64,000 nt of DNA from Alphaproteobacteria bacterium (GTDB lineage: Bacteria > Pseudomonadota > Alphaproteobacteria > MPNO01 > UBA830). The notes beneath the pieces were generated by a model. It was not told the DNA's origin. It did not search any database and saw nothing but the letters and a program-made list of their open reading frames with translations. Position numbers and translations under genes: made by a program. Positions 1-8,022 of this stretch are shown one piece after another. Position 1 is the stretch's first letter, and each line of letters begins with the position of its first letter. The DNA is taken from NCBI GenBank assembly GCA_964291215.2, contig OZ219790.1, positions 320,001-384,000 on the forward strand. The letters are read 5' to 3'.

Positions 1-1485
1 GACAAACCCCGAGCAGCGCGGACGTTCGCCCTCGTCGGAACGGCGCATGCCGCGAACGACCCGCCGGTCCGGCTCGTAGTTCAACACGTCGTCGAGCCGC
101 GCAATATCGGCCTTGACTGTCTGAAGGCTGGCGCCGAACTGGATCAGGCCCTCGATCGGCTGGGAGAAGCTGCGCGCAAGGCTCTGAAAGGCGACCAGCC
201 CACCGACGGTCAGTACACCCTCCAGAAGGCGCAGACCACCGACGCCCAGAATGGCAACGGTAGCAAGTGCAGTGAGCAGCGGCGGCACGACGTTCAGAAC
301 GTTTGTCAACCGGCCGAGGTCCTGCTGAGCGGCGACGACGTTGGCATGCATGCCGGACAGGCGCGAGAACAGGTCGCCCTCGGTGCCGTTGGCTTTCAGG
401 GTTTCGATCATGCTGAGGCCGGCGACCGACGCACCCGCCACCTTGCCCTGTTCCTTGAGCAGGCGACGGCTGGCATTCTCCCGGGCGCGGGAAACCAGTC
501 GAAGCGCGAACAGGTTGATGACCGCCATCGCGAACACGACGAGCGCCAGGATCGTGTCGTAGGCCAGCATGACGCCCGCATAGGCGATCATGGTGAGCAT
601 GTTGACGGCATTGGTGGCCAGCTCGCCCGACACGATCCGCGCCACATTGTCGTTCGACGCAACCCGGTTGGAGATGTCGCCCGCGAAACGCTGCGAGAAG
701 AATGCCATCGGCAGGGTCATGACATGCCAGAAGAACTGCGAGGTCGCGACGAGCGAAAGCTTGGTTTCCATACGCGCGAGACAGTTCTGCTGGAACCAGG
801 TGAGCAGGCCTTGCAGGACGGTCACGACCGCGAGGCCGATGAGAAGCGGCACGACGAGATTCTCGCTTCTCACGACCAGAACTTCATCCACGAATACCTT
901 GGAGATCGTCGGCAGCGCAAGCCCTGGAACCAGCAGCGCGAGAGTCGCCAGTACAACGAACAGCAACGCGGTCCGCGCCCGGCCCAGACGGGCGAACAGG
1001 CCCTGCAGCAGACTCGGTCGTGCGCCGCCTCGCTCGAACTTCAGTGTCGGTTGGAAGGCGAGGCAGACCCCGGTGAACCCCTCGTCGAACTCCTGCAGGG
1101 ATATGCGGCGCGGGCCTTCGGCCGGATCGTTGATGTAGACGAAACCGCGTCGGATGCCCTCAAGCACGATGAAATGGTTGAAATGCCAGAACACGATCAT
1201 CGGGAAGGGAAGATCGAACAGGCGTCCCGGATCGCGGCGGAAGCCGCGCGCATCAAAGCCGAGTTCCCTGGCCACCCGCAGCATGTTGACCGCCTTGCTG
1301 CCGTCGCGCGACACGCCGCAGCGCACCCGCAATTCTTCCAACGGCACCCACCTGCCGTAGCGAGCAAGAATCATCGCCAGACAGGCAGCGCCGCATTCCG
1401 TCGCCTCCATCTGCAGGATGGAGGGTACGGCTCGCCTGCCGCCGCGCTTGCGGGACAGGTTCGGGCGTAACTTGGTAGGGCTCAC
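1..1485 (-). CDS. NHLP bacteriocin export ABC transporter, C39 peptidase/permease/ATPase (runs off window edge)
   Basis: Manual minus-strand translation from GTG 1485, overlapping the HlyD stop: MSPTKLRPNLSRKRGGRRAVPSILQMEATECGAACLAMILARYGRWVPLEELRVRCGVSRDGSKA, a C39 peptidase QxExxECGAACL motif, followed by hydrophobic TM segments. Absent from the ORF track because no stop lies in the window. Confidence 0.93.
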   Translation of the reverse strand, partial: MSPTKLRPNLSRKRGGRRAVPSILQMEATECGAACLAMILARYGRWVPLEELRVRCGVSRDGSKAVNMLRVARELGFDARGFRRDPGRLFDLPFPMIVFWHFNHFIVLEGIRRGFVYINDPAEGPRRISLQEFDEGFTGVCLAFQPTLKFERGGARPSLLQGLFARLGRARTALLFVVLATLALLVPGLALPTISKVFVDEVLVVRSENLVVPLLIGLAVVTVLQGLLTWFQQNCLARMETKLSLVATSQFFWHVMTLPMAFFSQRFAGDISNRVASNDNVARIVSGELATNAVNMLTMIAYAGVMLAYDTILALVVFAMAVINLFALRLVSRARENASRRLLKEQGKVAGASVAGLSMIETLKANGTEGDLFSRLSGMHANVVAAQQDLGRLTNVLNVVPPLLTALATVAILGVGGLRLLEGVLTVGGLVAFQSLARSFSQPIEGLIQFGASLQTVKADIARLDDVLNYEPDRRVVRGMRRSDEGERPRCSGFV

Positions 1486-2732
1486 TGTCCGGTCAACTTC
1501 TTCAGCAACGGAATCACCATGGCGATGGGACGCTGGCTTCCGACCTTGACATCGATACTGGCGAGCGTTCCGGGAATCAATGCTTCACTCGCTCCCTTTG
1601 CCGTGGTCCAGGCGAAACCGCTCGCCGTCGATGGATCGGGCGCCAGCGTCACGCGGCTGGCGTATGGCGGCCCGTTCTGCGAAAAGATCTGGGCGAGTTC
1701 CTGATTCTGCAACACGGTGACCATACCGCTGACGCTTGTCGGAAACTCCGATACGTTCTCGACCACACCCTTGACAAAGCCATGCGTCTCCGGCTGCGTG
1801 GTCGCAGGAGAGACCAGCACGCTCATTCCCGACTCGACCCGTTTTCCGTCGGCCGGCGGAATGTACATCAGTACCTCGACTTCTTCGCCCGAGCCGGTCT
1901 TGATACTGAGCACGGGCTGGCCCGCAACGAGTACCGAACCCAGGGCGGCCTTGATCTCGATGACGCCGCCTGAGACCGGCGCAAGGATTTGTTGCGCTTG
2001 CAACCGCGTACGGAGTTCGCGAGCCCGCAGGCGCGCCTCCTGAAGGCGGGTGTCGGCACTGCTCACCTGGACGCGGTGTTCGTGCAGGCGTGTCAACTCC
2101 CGCGCCTCCAGCGTCTCGAGCCGGCGGGTGGTTTCGAACAACTCCTGGACTGCGCGGTCAAAGGCCTGCTGGCTGCGCTCCAGAGTAAGCCGGGTCACGA
2201 CGCGCTCTTTGTAGAGCTGGCGGTGGCTGTCGAGGCGTTCGCGGGCGGTGTCCGCGGCCTGGCGGCCAATGCTCTCCAGCCGTTCAAGGCGAGCCTGCTG
2301 CTTGGCGACATTTTTTTTGAACAGCTGGTCCTCTGCCTCGAACGCCGCCTTGAGATTGTTCAGAGCCCGTTCGCTCTCGTCAACCAGGGTCAGCGCGCTC
2401 CGATAGCGTTCTGTCAAATCGGGATTGATGGTCTTGGCAACGATCTCTCCTTTTTCGACCGATTGACCGACCTTGAAGGGGATATCGGTCAATGTGCCCG
2501 TGTCGGCGGCTACCGCATCAATCACCGTGCCGCCGGTGTTCAGCAGTATTCCGCTGGCACTCACATAATTGGAAACGGTTCCCAGCACCGACCAGGCCAC
2601 CAGCGCGACCACGAATGCGATCAAGGCGCACAGCGCCACCCACTGCCTGGCCGAAACGACCGAAAGTGCACGGTCGATCTTCTCCGGTTCGGACAGCCGG
2701 TCAAGCGCTGCTTTTCTGAACAATTCCGCCAT
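1482..2732 (-). CDS. NHLP bacteriocin system secretion protein (HlyD/membrane fusion)
   Basis: MAELFRKAALDRLSEPEKID start, one TM helix, long coiled coil, C-terminal RPIAMVIPLLKK; start trimmed to ATG 2732. Confidence 0.92.
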   Translation of the reverse strand: MAELFRKAALDRLSEPEKIDRALSVVSARQWVALCALIAFVVALVAWSVLGTVSNYVSASGILLNTGGTVIDAVAADTGTLTDIPFKVGQSVEKGEIVAKTINPDLTERYRSALTLVDESERALNNLKAAFEAEDQLFKKNVAKQQARLERLESIGRQAADTARERLDSHRQLYKERVVTRLTLERSQQAFDRAVQELFETTRRLETLEARELTRLHEHRVQVSSADTRLQEARLRARELRTRLQAQQILAPVSGGVIEIKAALGSVLVAGQPVLSIKTGSGEEVEVLMYIPPADGKRVESGMSVLVSPATTQPETHGFVKGVVENVSEFPTSVSGMVTVLQNQELAQIFSQNGPPYASRVTLAPDPSTASGFAWTTAKGASEALIPGTLASIDVKVGSQRPIAMVIPLLKKLTGQ

Positions 2733-2804
2733 GTGTGCACACCAGGGCTCGGTTGCGGACGACGCCCTGACGGCCAAGGCATCGGGTGGGACGGCGAGCC
2801 ATCC

Positions 2805-4181
2805 TTATTTCGTATACACGATCCCGGGAGCGAGTTGCCATTTCGCATCGCGGGCCTCGCGGGCGAGATCGGGCACGCCCGCGATCCCGAGTCTTCGTGA
2901 CGTTAGGGCGCCAACCGCTTCCAGCAGGCGATAGGCTTCGACAATCACGTCGCGTTCAGCCGAAAGCGCACTGATCTGGCGCGTGACGACACGCCGTTCG
3001 GCATCCAGAACTTCCCGTGTCGTTCGCTCTCCGAACTCGGCCTCGCGCTTGATCCCTGCAAGCGCGGCACGTGATGCGTGAACCGCGGTCGCGAAAGCCG
3101 CCTGCCGCTGTCGGGCGGCTTCCAGGTTCCGCCACGCGCTTTCGACCAGTTGCGACGCATTGCGCACCGCATCAAGCCATTCGTTCCGGCGTTGGGCCCG
3201 AAGGTGTCTGGCTCGGCGAATCCGCGGACCTGTCACGCCCGCCTGATAAAGCGGCACGGTCAGTTGCAGCGTCAGGCTCATTTCAGTGTTGTCCGGAAGT
3301 ACCGTTCCGGTTTGTCTCTTGGCCGCAGCCCTGAGGTCGATCCGCGGGCCGAGCTCGGCCGTAGCGACGCGAACCGACGCCTCGGCAACGCGAATCGCGG
3401 CTTCGGCGCCGCGAACGGCGGGCCGCTGCGTCCGGGCTGTCCGGTGTGCTTCCTCCAGGGTCTGCGGCAGGCCGGCCGGCAGGCCGACCGCATCAAGACC
3501 GTCCGGCATCAGGCCGGTCAACCGGAGAAAGCGGGCTCTGTGGACTTTCAGTTCGCTCGTCGCCGCCACCAGTTCCGCTGCGGCAATCTCCCGTTCCGCC
3601 TCGGCCTGCGCGACATCGGCGCCGGTCCGGTCCCCGACATCGTATTGCGCCTTGACGTCGCCAACCTGCGCATCGAGGGCGGCAAGGGACGCTGCACGCA
3701 ACTCCACGACCCGTTTCGCCCGGAGTGTGTCAAGATAGACTGTCACGGCGCGAAGCAGAACGGTCTGTTCGCTGTCTTCCACGGAGGCATGGCTCCTTGA
3801 AACGCCTTCGACAGCCCTTCGGAGCGCAGCGGAGTCGCGGCCGCTGCGAAACAGGTTCTGCGTGATCGAGAATGTCCAGGAGCGCGGAGAAGAATACTGG
3901 GTTCGGTCAGCACCAAGAGGAAAGGACTGGTCGGAGACGGTCCTCTGTCGATTGGCGCTGGCGTTGAACTGGAGCGTGGGCAGCCAGGCGGAAACCGCCT
4001 CGGGCACATCCTGGTGGCGCGCGCGCGCAGCCTCGCGGACGGCGGCCAGACCCGGGTTCGACGCCGCGGCCGCGGCCAGAACCTCCTCGATGGTCAGCGC
4101 CGACGCCGGCGCCGCGGTAACCGCAAGGGCAGTGCCGAGCCAGGCAAGACACGAACCAGCGATGCGCAATCGGAAGTGCAT
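2805..4181 (-). CDS. TolC-family outer membrane efflux protein
   Basis: Signal peptide (..AVTAAPASA-LTIEEVL), NPGL/WLPTL and GERTTREVLDAE motifs; start trimmed to MHFRLR. Confidence 0.9.
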   Translation of the reverse strand: MHFRLRIAGSCLAWLGTALAVTAAPASALTIEEVLAAAAASNPGLAAVREAARARHQDVPEAVSAWLPTLQFNASANRQRTVSDQSFPLGADRTQYSSPRSWTFSITQNLFRSGRDSAALRRAVEGVSRSHASVEDSEQTVLLRAVTVYLDTLRAKRVVELRAASLAALDAQVGDVKAQYDVGDRTGADVAQAEAEREIAAAELVAATSELKVHRARFLRLTGLMPDGLDAVGLPAGLPQTLEEAHRTARTQRPAVRGAEAAIRVAEASVRVATAELGPRIDLRAAAKRQTGTVLPDNTEMSLTLQLTVPLYQAGVTGPRIRRARHLRAQRRNEWLDAVRNASQLVESAWRNLEAARQRQAAFATAVHASRAALAGIKREAEFGERTTREVLDAERRVVTRQISALSAERDVIVEAYRLLEAVGALTSRRLGIAGVPDLAREARDAKWQLAPGIVYTK

Positions 4182-4318
4182 TTTCCTGTAATCAGGTCTT
4201 GTGCGTTTCCGGAGCCTTTGGCGGCGGCCCGAGATCAGGCATATTTCCCGTCGGGCGGATCTCAGCCATCCACCACACGCCCGCCGGGCCGGGCCGCATC
4301 TTGCCATTGCCGTCCGGG

Positions 4319-5890
4319 TCATATGAAGACCGCCACCGGGTTGAGGTCGGCTTCGGCGATGGGCGTTTCGCGCCATCCCATCGCAACCGGTACATCGTAC
4401 AGGCGGCCGGGAGCAAAACGCGGCCAGAAGTGTCGCAATCCCGGCACGATGGTCCGGGCAACCGGCATGCCGATATCCGGCCGCGTCTGGTCGAGTACCA
4501 GAAATTCCATGCCCCTTGCTTCAACCAGCGCCCGGCAGTACTCGACATCATCCTTGATGTCGGTCGTTTGCGGCGCCGAATGGTCCTGGGCCAGACGCTG
4601 CGGTGTCCGCTTGTCCGGCGCAAGATAGGAATGTTCGGCAAGTGTCGCATTGCGCCACCACCAGAGGCATTCCGGATCGTCGTAGAGGTAGCCGTTGCCG
4701 TCGATGTCTACGTCTCGAACGGCGACCAGATACTGGTTCAACTCGCACAGTGCACGGAAGGCGGCAATGCGTGGTTCGAAATGGGCTCCGGCCGAATACA
4801 GGATGTCTTCGGCCTCCTTATCAGTCCGGCGCGACACCGCAACGAATACCGGGATACCGAGATCGGTGGTCGCATCAAGCATTCGGAGATCGCGGTCGAA
4901 GGACCGGTAATACTCGCGCGCGCTGTCGAAATAGGATTCGCCGAAGCTGTCGAAGTCGAGCTCGGGAAGCGACACCCGATTGTACCACCAGCAGGCAAAG
5001 GCATCGCGCTCCACCAGCTCGAAGAATCCCTGGAGAATCGCCTCCTCCAGCGTGTTGCCCGAGGCGCAGCCGTTCGAATCCGGACCGCAATAGACCTGGC
5101 CGTCCTCCAGAGGCGCGGCGAAATAGAGCATGGAAGTGGGCAGGTAGCGGTGACGCCCCCGAGTCATCGACCAGACCGGTGTCCAGTCCATCTCCACGGC
5201 AGGATCGAAGCGCTTCGGGACGTAATCGAATCGCGCTCCGCGCGCGTTGATCTCTTCGGAGTGGTCGTACTGCCAGTCGCTGAAGAGCTGGACCTTGTTG
5301 GGATGGATCGCCTCGCCGTTGCCGAAATCCTCCAGGCGCGCACGGCGGCGGATCTCGTCGCCATGAAAGGCGCCGGAAACGCGTTCGATCGCCTCGCACA
5401 ATGCGCTCGCCTCGGCCTGTTCGGGGCTGGCGCCCTTGCCCGAACTCTTGCTCCTGAGCGTGGCGCGCAGCAAGCGCAGATTGTCGCTCCGCAGTGCTAT
5501 GTTGCTGCCGGACCAGTAGACATGCAGCCACGGGTCCGTTTCGGTCGTGGAACGCACCAGTTGGGTGACCACGCCGCTCACCGGACTGACCAGATGACGG
5601 TAGCGGGCGATCGTCTCTCGAGGCGGCACCGAACGCGAGCCGCCGGAATTGGCCACTGTTCGGGGGCAGGGCTTGAGCATGACCGGAGCCGGCGCCCGGT
5701 CGGGGCGGTAGAGCGCCACGTCACCGCAGACCCCGCATTGCGGTCGGCGGAACACCCGGTGCCGGTCGCTTGCGAGATTGTAGGCATCGACCGAGAACGC
5801 GTGCTCATGAAGCGCCGCCCGCTCCCCGAAGACAATCCACTTGGCAATTTCTAGCGCGGCGAGACCGAGGATTGCCTCGATGAGCGGCAT
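4319..5890 (-). CDS. YcaO cyclodehydratase 1, C-terminal part (end of E1-like domain plus YcaO)
   Basis: RRPQCGVCG, SGKG..EAIER, SNGCASGNTLEEA, ELVERDA, VPGLRHFWPRFAPGRLYDVPV; close paralogue of 8023-10338. Confidence 0.92.
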   Translation of the reverse strand: MPLIEAILGLAALEIAKWIVFGERAALHEHAFSVDAYNLASDRHRVFRRPQCGVCGDVALYRPDRAPAPVMLKPCPRTVANSGGSRSVPPRETIARYRHLVSPVSGVVTQLVRSTTETDPWLHVYWSGSNIALRSDNLRLLRATLRSKSSGKGASPEQAEASALCEAIERVSGAFHGDEIRRRARLEDFGNGEAIHPNKVQLFSDWQYDHSEEINARGARFDYVPKRFDPAVEMDWTPVWSMTRGRHRYLPTSMLYFAAPLEDGQVYCGPDSNGCASGNTLEEAILQGFFELVERDAFACWWYNRVSLPELDFDSFGESYFDSAREYYRSFDRDLRMLDATTDLGIPVFVAVSRRTDKEAEDILYSAGAHFEPRIAAFRALCELNQYLVAVRDVDIDGNGYLYDDPECLWWWRNATLAEHSYLAPDKRTPQRLAQDHSAPQTTDIKDDVEYCRALVEARGMEFLVLDQTRPDIGMPVARTIVPGLRHFWPRFAPGRLYDVPVAMGWRETPIAEADLNPVAVFI

Positions 5891-6614
5891 CGGCGCGACG
5901 CAGGAGAGCGCCCCCTCCGCCGGTGCGCAGGAAATTCTCGACCTCGCGATTGCTGCGAAGCCGATGGGCCAGGCAGGCCCAGCACGGCCCGGCGTCGCCG
6001 GGCCGGAAAACCGGACCGAAAAGCGCCGTCAGGCCGCTGGGCGCGACCGGCAACCACGGAACTCTGGACGCCAGGTGACGGTGGTTGGCTGCGGCGCAGT
6101 CGTCACCGAGCAGGTCGTCGCACACGATGACCGAGAGGGTCGGGTTGTCGTCGGTCACGGTGACGCCCATCGCAGCGAGCGCGGCACCGAGGCCGTCGTC
6201 CGTCACCGCAACCCGTACCGCGTCCAGCCGCGCCTCCACCCAGCGCGGCGACGCGCCGCACGCGCTCCAGAAGGCCGCCATTTCCCGGCTGATCGCGGCG
6301 CCTGCGGAGACAATGTAGCCCTTCGACGCCAGCGAGACCAGCGCGGTCTGGACTTCGATCGCCGAATACCGGTCAGCCAGCGCCGCGGCGACTTCGTGGC
6401 GCGAGTGGCTGCCGTCAAGCAACGGCAGGATGTCGATGTAGCGCCGGCCGTGGAGGACGCCGCTGAACGCCTCGGATACGATCAGCGCGGTCATGTCGTC
6501 GTGAATGTGAAAATCGAGATGCGGCGCCAGCATCGGCCACTCGACAAGGCCGCGGTCATCCGCCAGACTGCACGGGATCACGCTCGGGGAGGGAGTAACC
6601 CAATCGACGGCCAT
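5805..6614 (-). CDS. YcaO cyclodehydratase 1, N-terminal part (RRE leader-binding/E1-like domain); frameshifted relative to 4319-5890
   Basis: Aligns with the N-terminal third of 8023-10338 (LAPHL, LLDGSH, FGPVFRPG..PCWACL). Similarity switches frame near 5911-5915. Confidence 0.88.
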   Translation of the reverse strand: MAVDWVTPSPSVIPCSLADDRGLVEWPMLAPHLDFHIHDDMTALIVSEAFSGVLHGRRYIDILPLLDGSHSRHEVAAALADRYSAIEVQTALVSLASKGYIVSAGAAISREMAAFWSACGASPRWVEARLDAVRVAVTDDGLGAALAAMGVTVTDDNPTLSVIVCDDLLGDDCAAANHRHLASRVPWLPVAPSGLTALFGPVFRPGDAGPCWACLAHRLRSNREVENFLRTGGGGALLRRADAAHRGNPRSRRARNCQVDCLRGAGGAS

Positions 6615-6624
6615 CTCAAGTCAC

Positions 6625-8010
6625 CTACCCGCTGTCCTTCGGCGGACCGCCGAGGATGAAGTCGCCGATAGTACCCTCGATCACCGGATCGAGGCCGGTC
6701 GCCCGTGCGAAACGCGCGGAGTTCCCCGTACCCAAGCCGCACGGGGAAAGACCGAGATCGGTCGCCACGAGATAGAGGGTCTGGTAGAGCGCCCCCACGT
6801 TGCGCAGGATCACCCCATAGGCGATCGATCGGTACTTCCACATGACCCTGGCGAAGCGGGCGCTGAACGCCAGCACGATCTGAGGGTTGGCGAGGTGCCC
6901 GGTCGCCATTCTCGCATCCTCCACGATCGCCTCCACCTCGGTCGTGCGGCCGGCGATCGCGACCAATTCATGCGTCGCTGCGTCGTAGTGGTACAGGCCC
7001 GACTCCAGACCGTCGCAGCGATCGACCACCGGATAGATCTCAAGTTCGTAGCTGGCACCGCCGGCGGGATACGGCCGTCTCGTGAATTCAACATCGCAAG
7101 AAGCCCCCGTGGGATCGCTGACCTGGACCGTGAAGCGTTCGAGAATCCGCGCGGAGCGGTCGAGCAGCGCGCCGAGGTCGGCCACGGAGATCGGACGGGC
7201 CTCGTCATACACCCGCTCTGACCGTCGCCGTTCGAGAATCCGGACGAGCGAGTCTCCTCCGGCGTCGTCCGGCGCAACCGGAAGCGCGATCCGCCGGCCA
7301 GGCCAGGGGGGACGGACGCCAGGCGGCGGATCGATCTGGCTGACGAACGGAAAGAGTCCGCCGATCGGATCACCATGCCAGCCCGGCCGATGATGCCAGT
7401 GATACAGCAGGTCATGAAACTCCCACTGCATCAACGCCTCGCTGCGCGGGTCGGCTTCCGCACGCCCGGTCTCCAGAAAGCCCTCGGCGGCCAGCACCCG
7501 CCGGACAACAGGAACCTCAAGGCGACTCGGATCGGGGAGATGGAAGCGTGTGCCGGACAGCGGAGATTCCAGTATCCAGTCCCGCCCAGAGCGGCGCAGG
7601 CAGGCAAAGCGGTCGAGGCTGGCCTCCGGCGGCGGCATGTCTTCGGCCAGGCGGGGCGCATGACCGTCCCACTGCGGCTGCATCACCGCCTGCTCGCCCG
7701 TCTCGTCGATCACGAGAAGTTCCATCCCGCGAAACCGATAGAGAGTCTGCAGCGCGACAAGATAGGAGGCGGCGCACGAAGGCCCGCCGGCCTCGATGAC
7801 CGCGTCGCGGAGTTCCCTCAGCGGGGCGCCGTCGCGAAGCAACATGTTGGCCGCTTCATAGGCTCGCGCGTAGGGCGCGAAAGGCGGGCCGGTTCCCAGC
7901 ACCGAGTCCTCGATGACAAGGGATCTGCCATCCGCAGACGCTGCCAGCTTTCGCCCGGCGGGCAGGCGGGCGAGGATCGCGGGCTCCCTGAGCAGATCGA
8001 AAAATCCCAT
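6625..8010 (-). CDS. SagB/ThcOx-family FMN-dependent azoline dehydrogenase
   Basis: WEFHDLLYHWHHR, RRSER, RRPYPAGGASYELEIY, WKYRSIAY, LYLVATDLGLSPCGLG motifs. Confidence 0.92.
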   Translation of the reverse strand: MGFFDLLREPAILARLPAGRKLAASADGRSLVIEDSVLGTGPPFAPYARAYEAANMLLRDGAPLRELRDAVIEAGGPSCAASYLVALQTLYRFRGMELLVIDETGEQAVMQPQWDGHAPRLAEDMPPPEASLDRFACLRRSGRDWILESPLSGTRFHLPDPSRLEVPVVRRVLAAEGFLETGRAEADPRSEALMQWEFHDLLYHWHHRPGWHGDPIGGLFPFVSQIDPPPGVRPPWPGRRIALPVAPDDAGGDSLVRILERRRSERVYDEARPISVADLGALLDRSARILERFTVQVSDPTGASCDVEFTRRPYPAGGASYELEIYPVVDRCDGLESGLYHYDAATHELVAIAGRTTEVEAIVEDARMATGHLANPQIVLAFSARFARVMWKYRSIAYGVILRNVGALYQTLYLVATDLGLSPCGLGTGNSARFARATGLDPVIEGTIGDFILGGPPKDSG

Positions 8011-8022
8011 CCGCTCCTCCAG

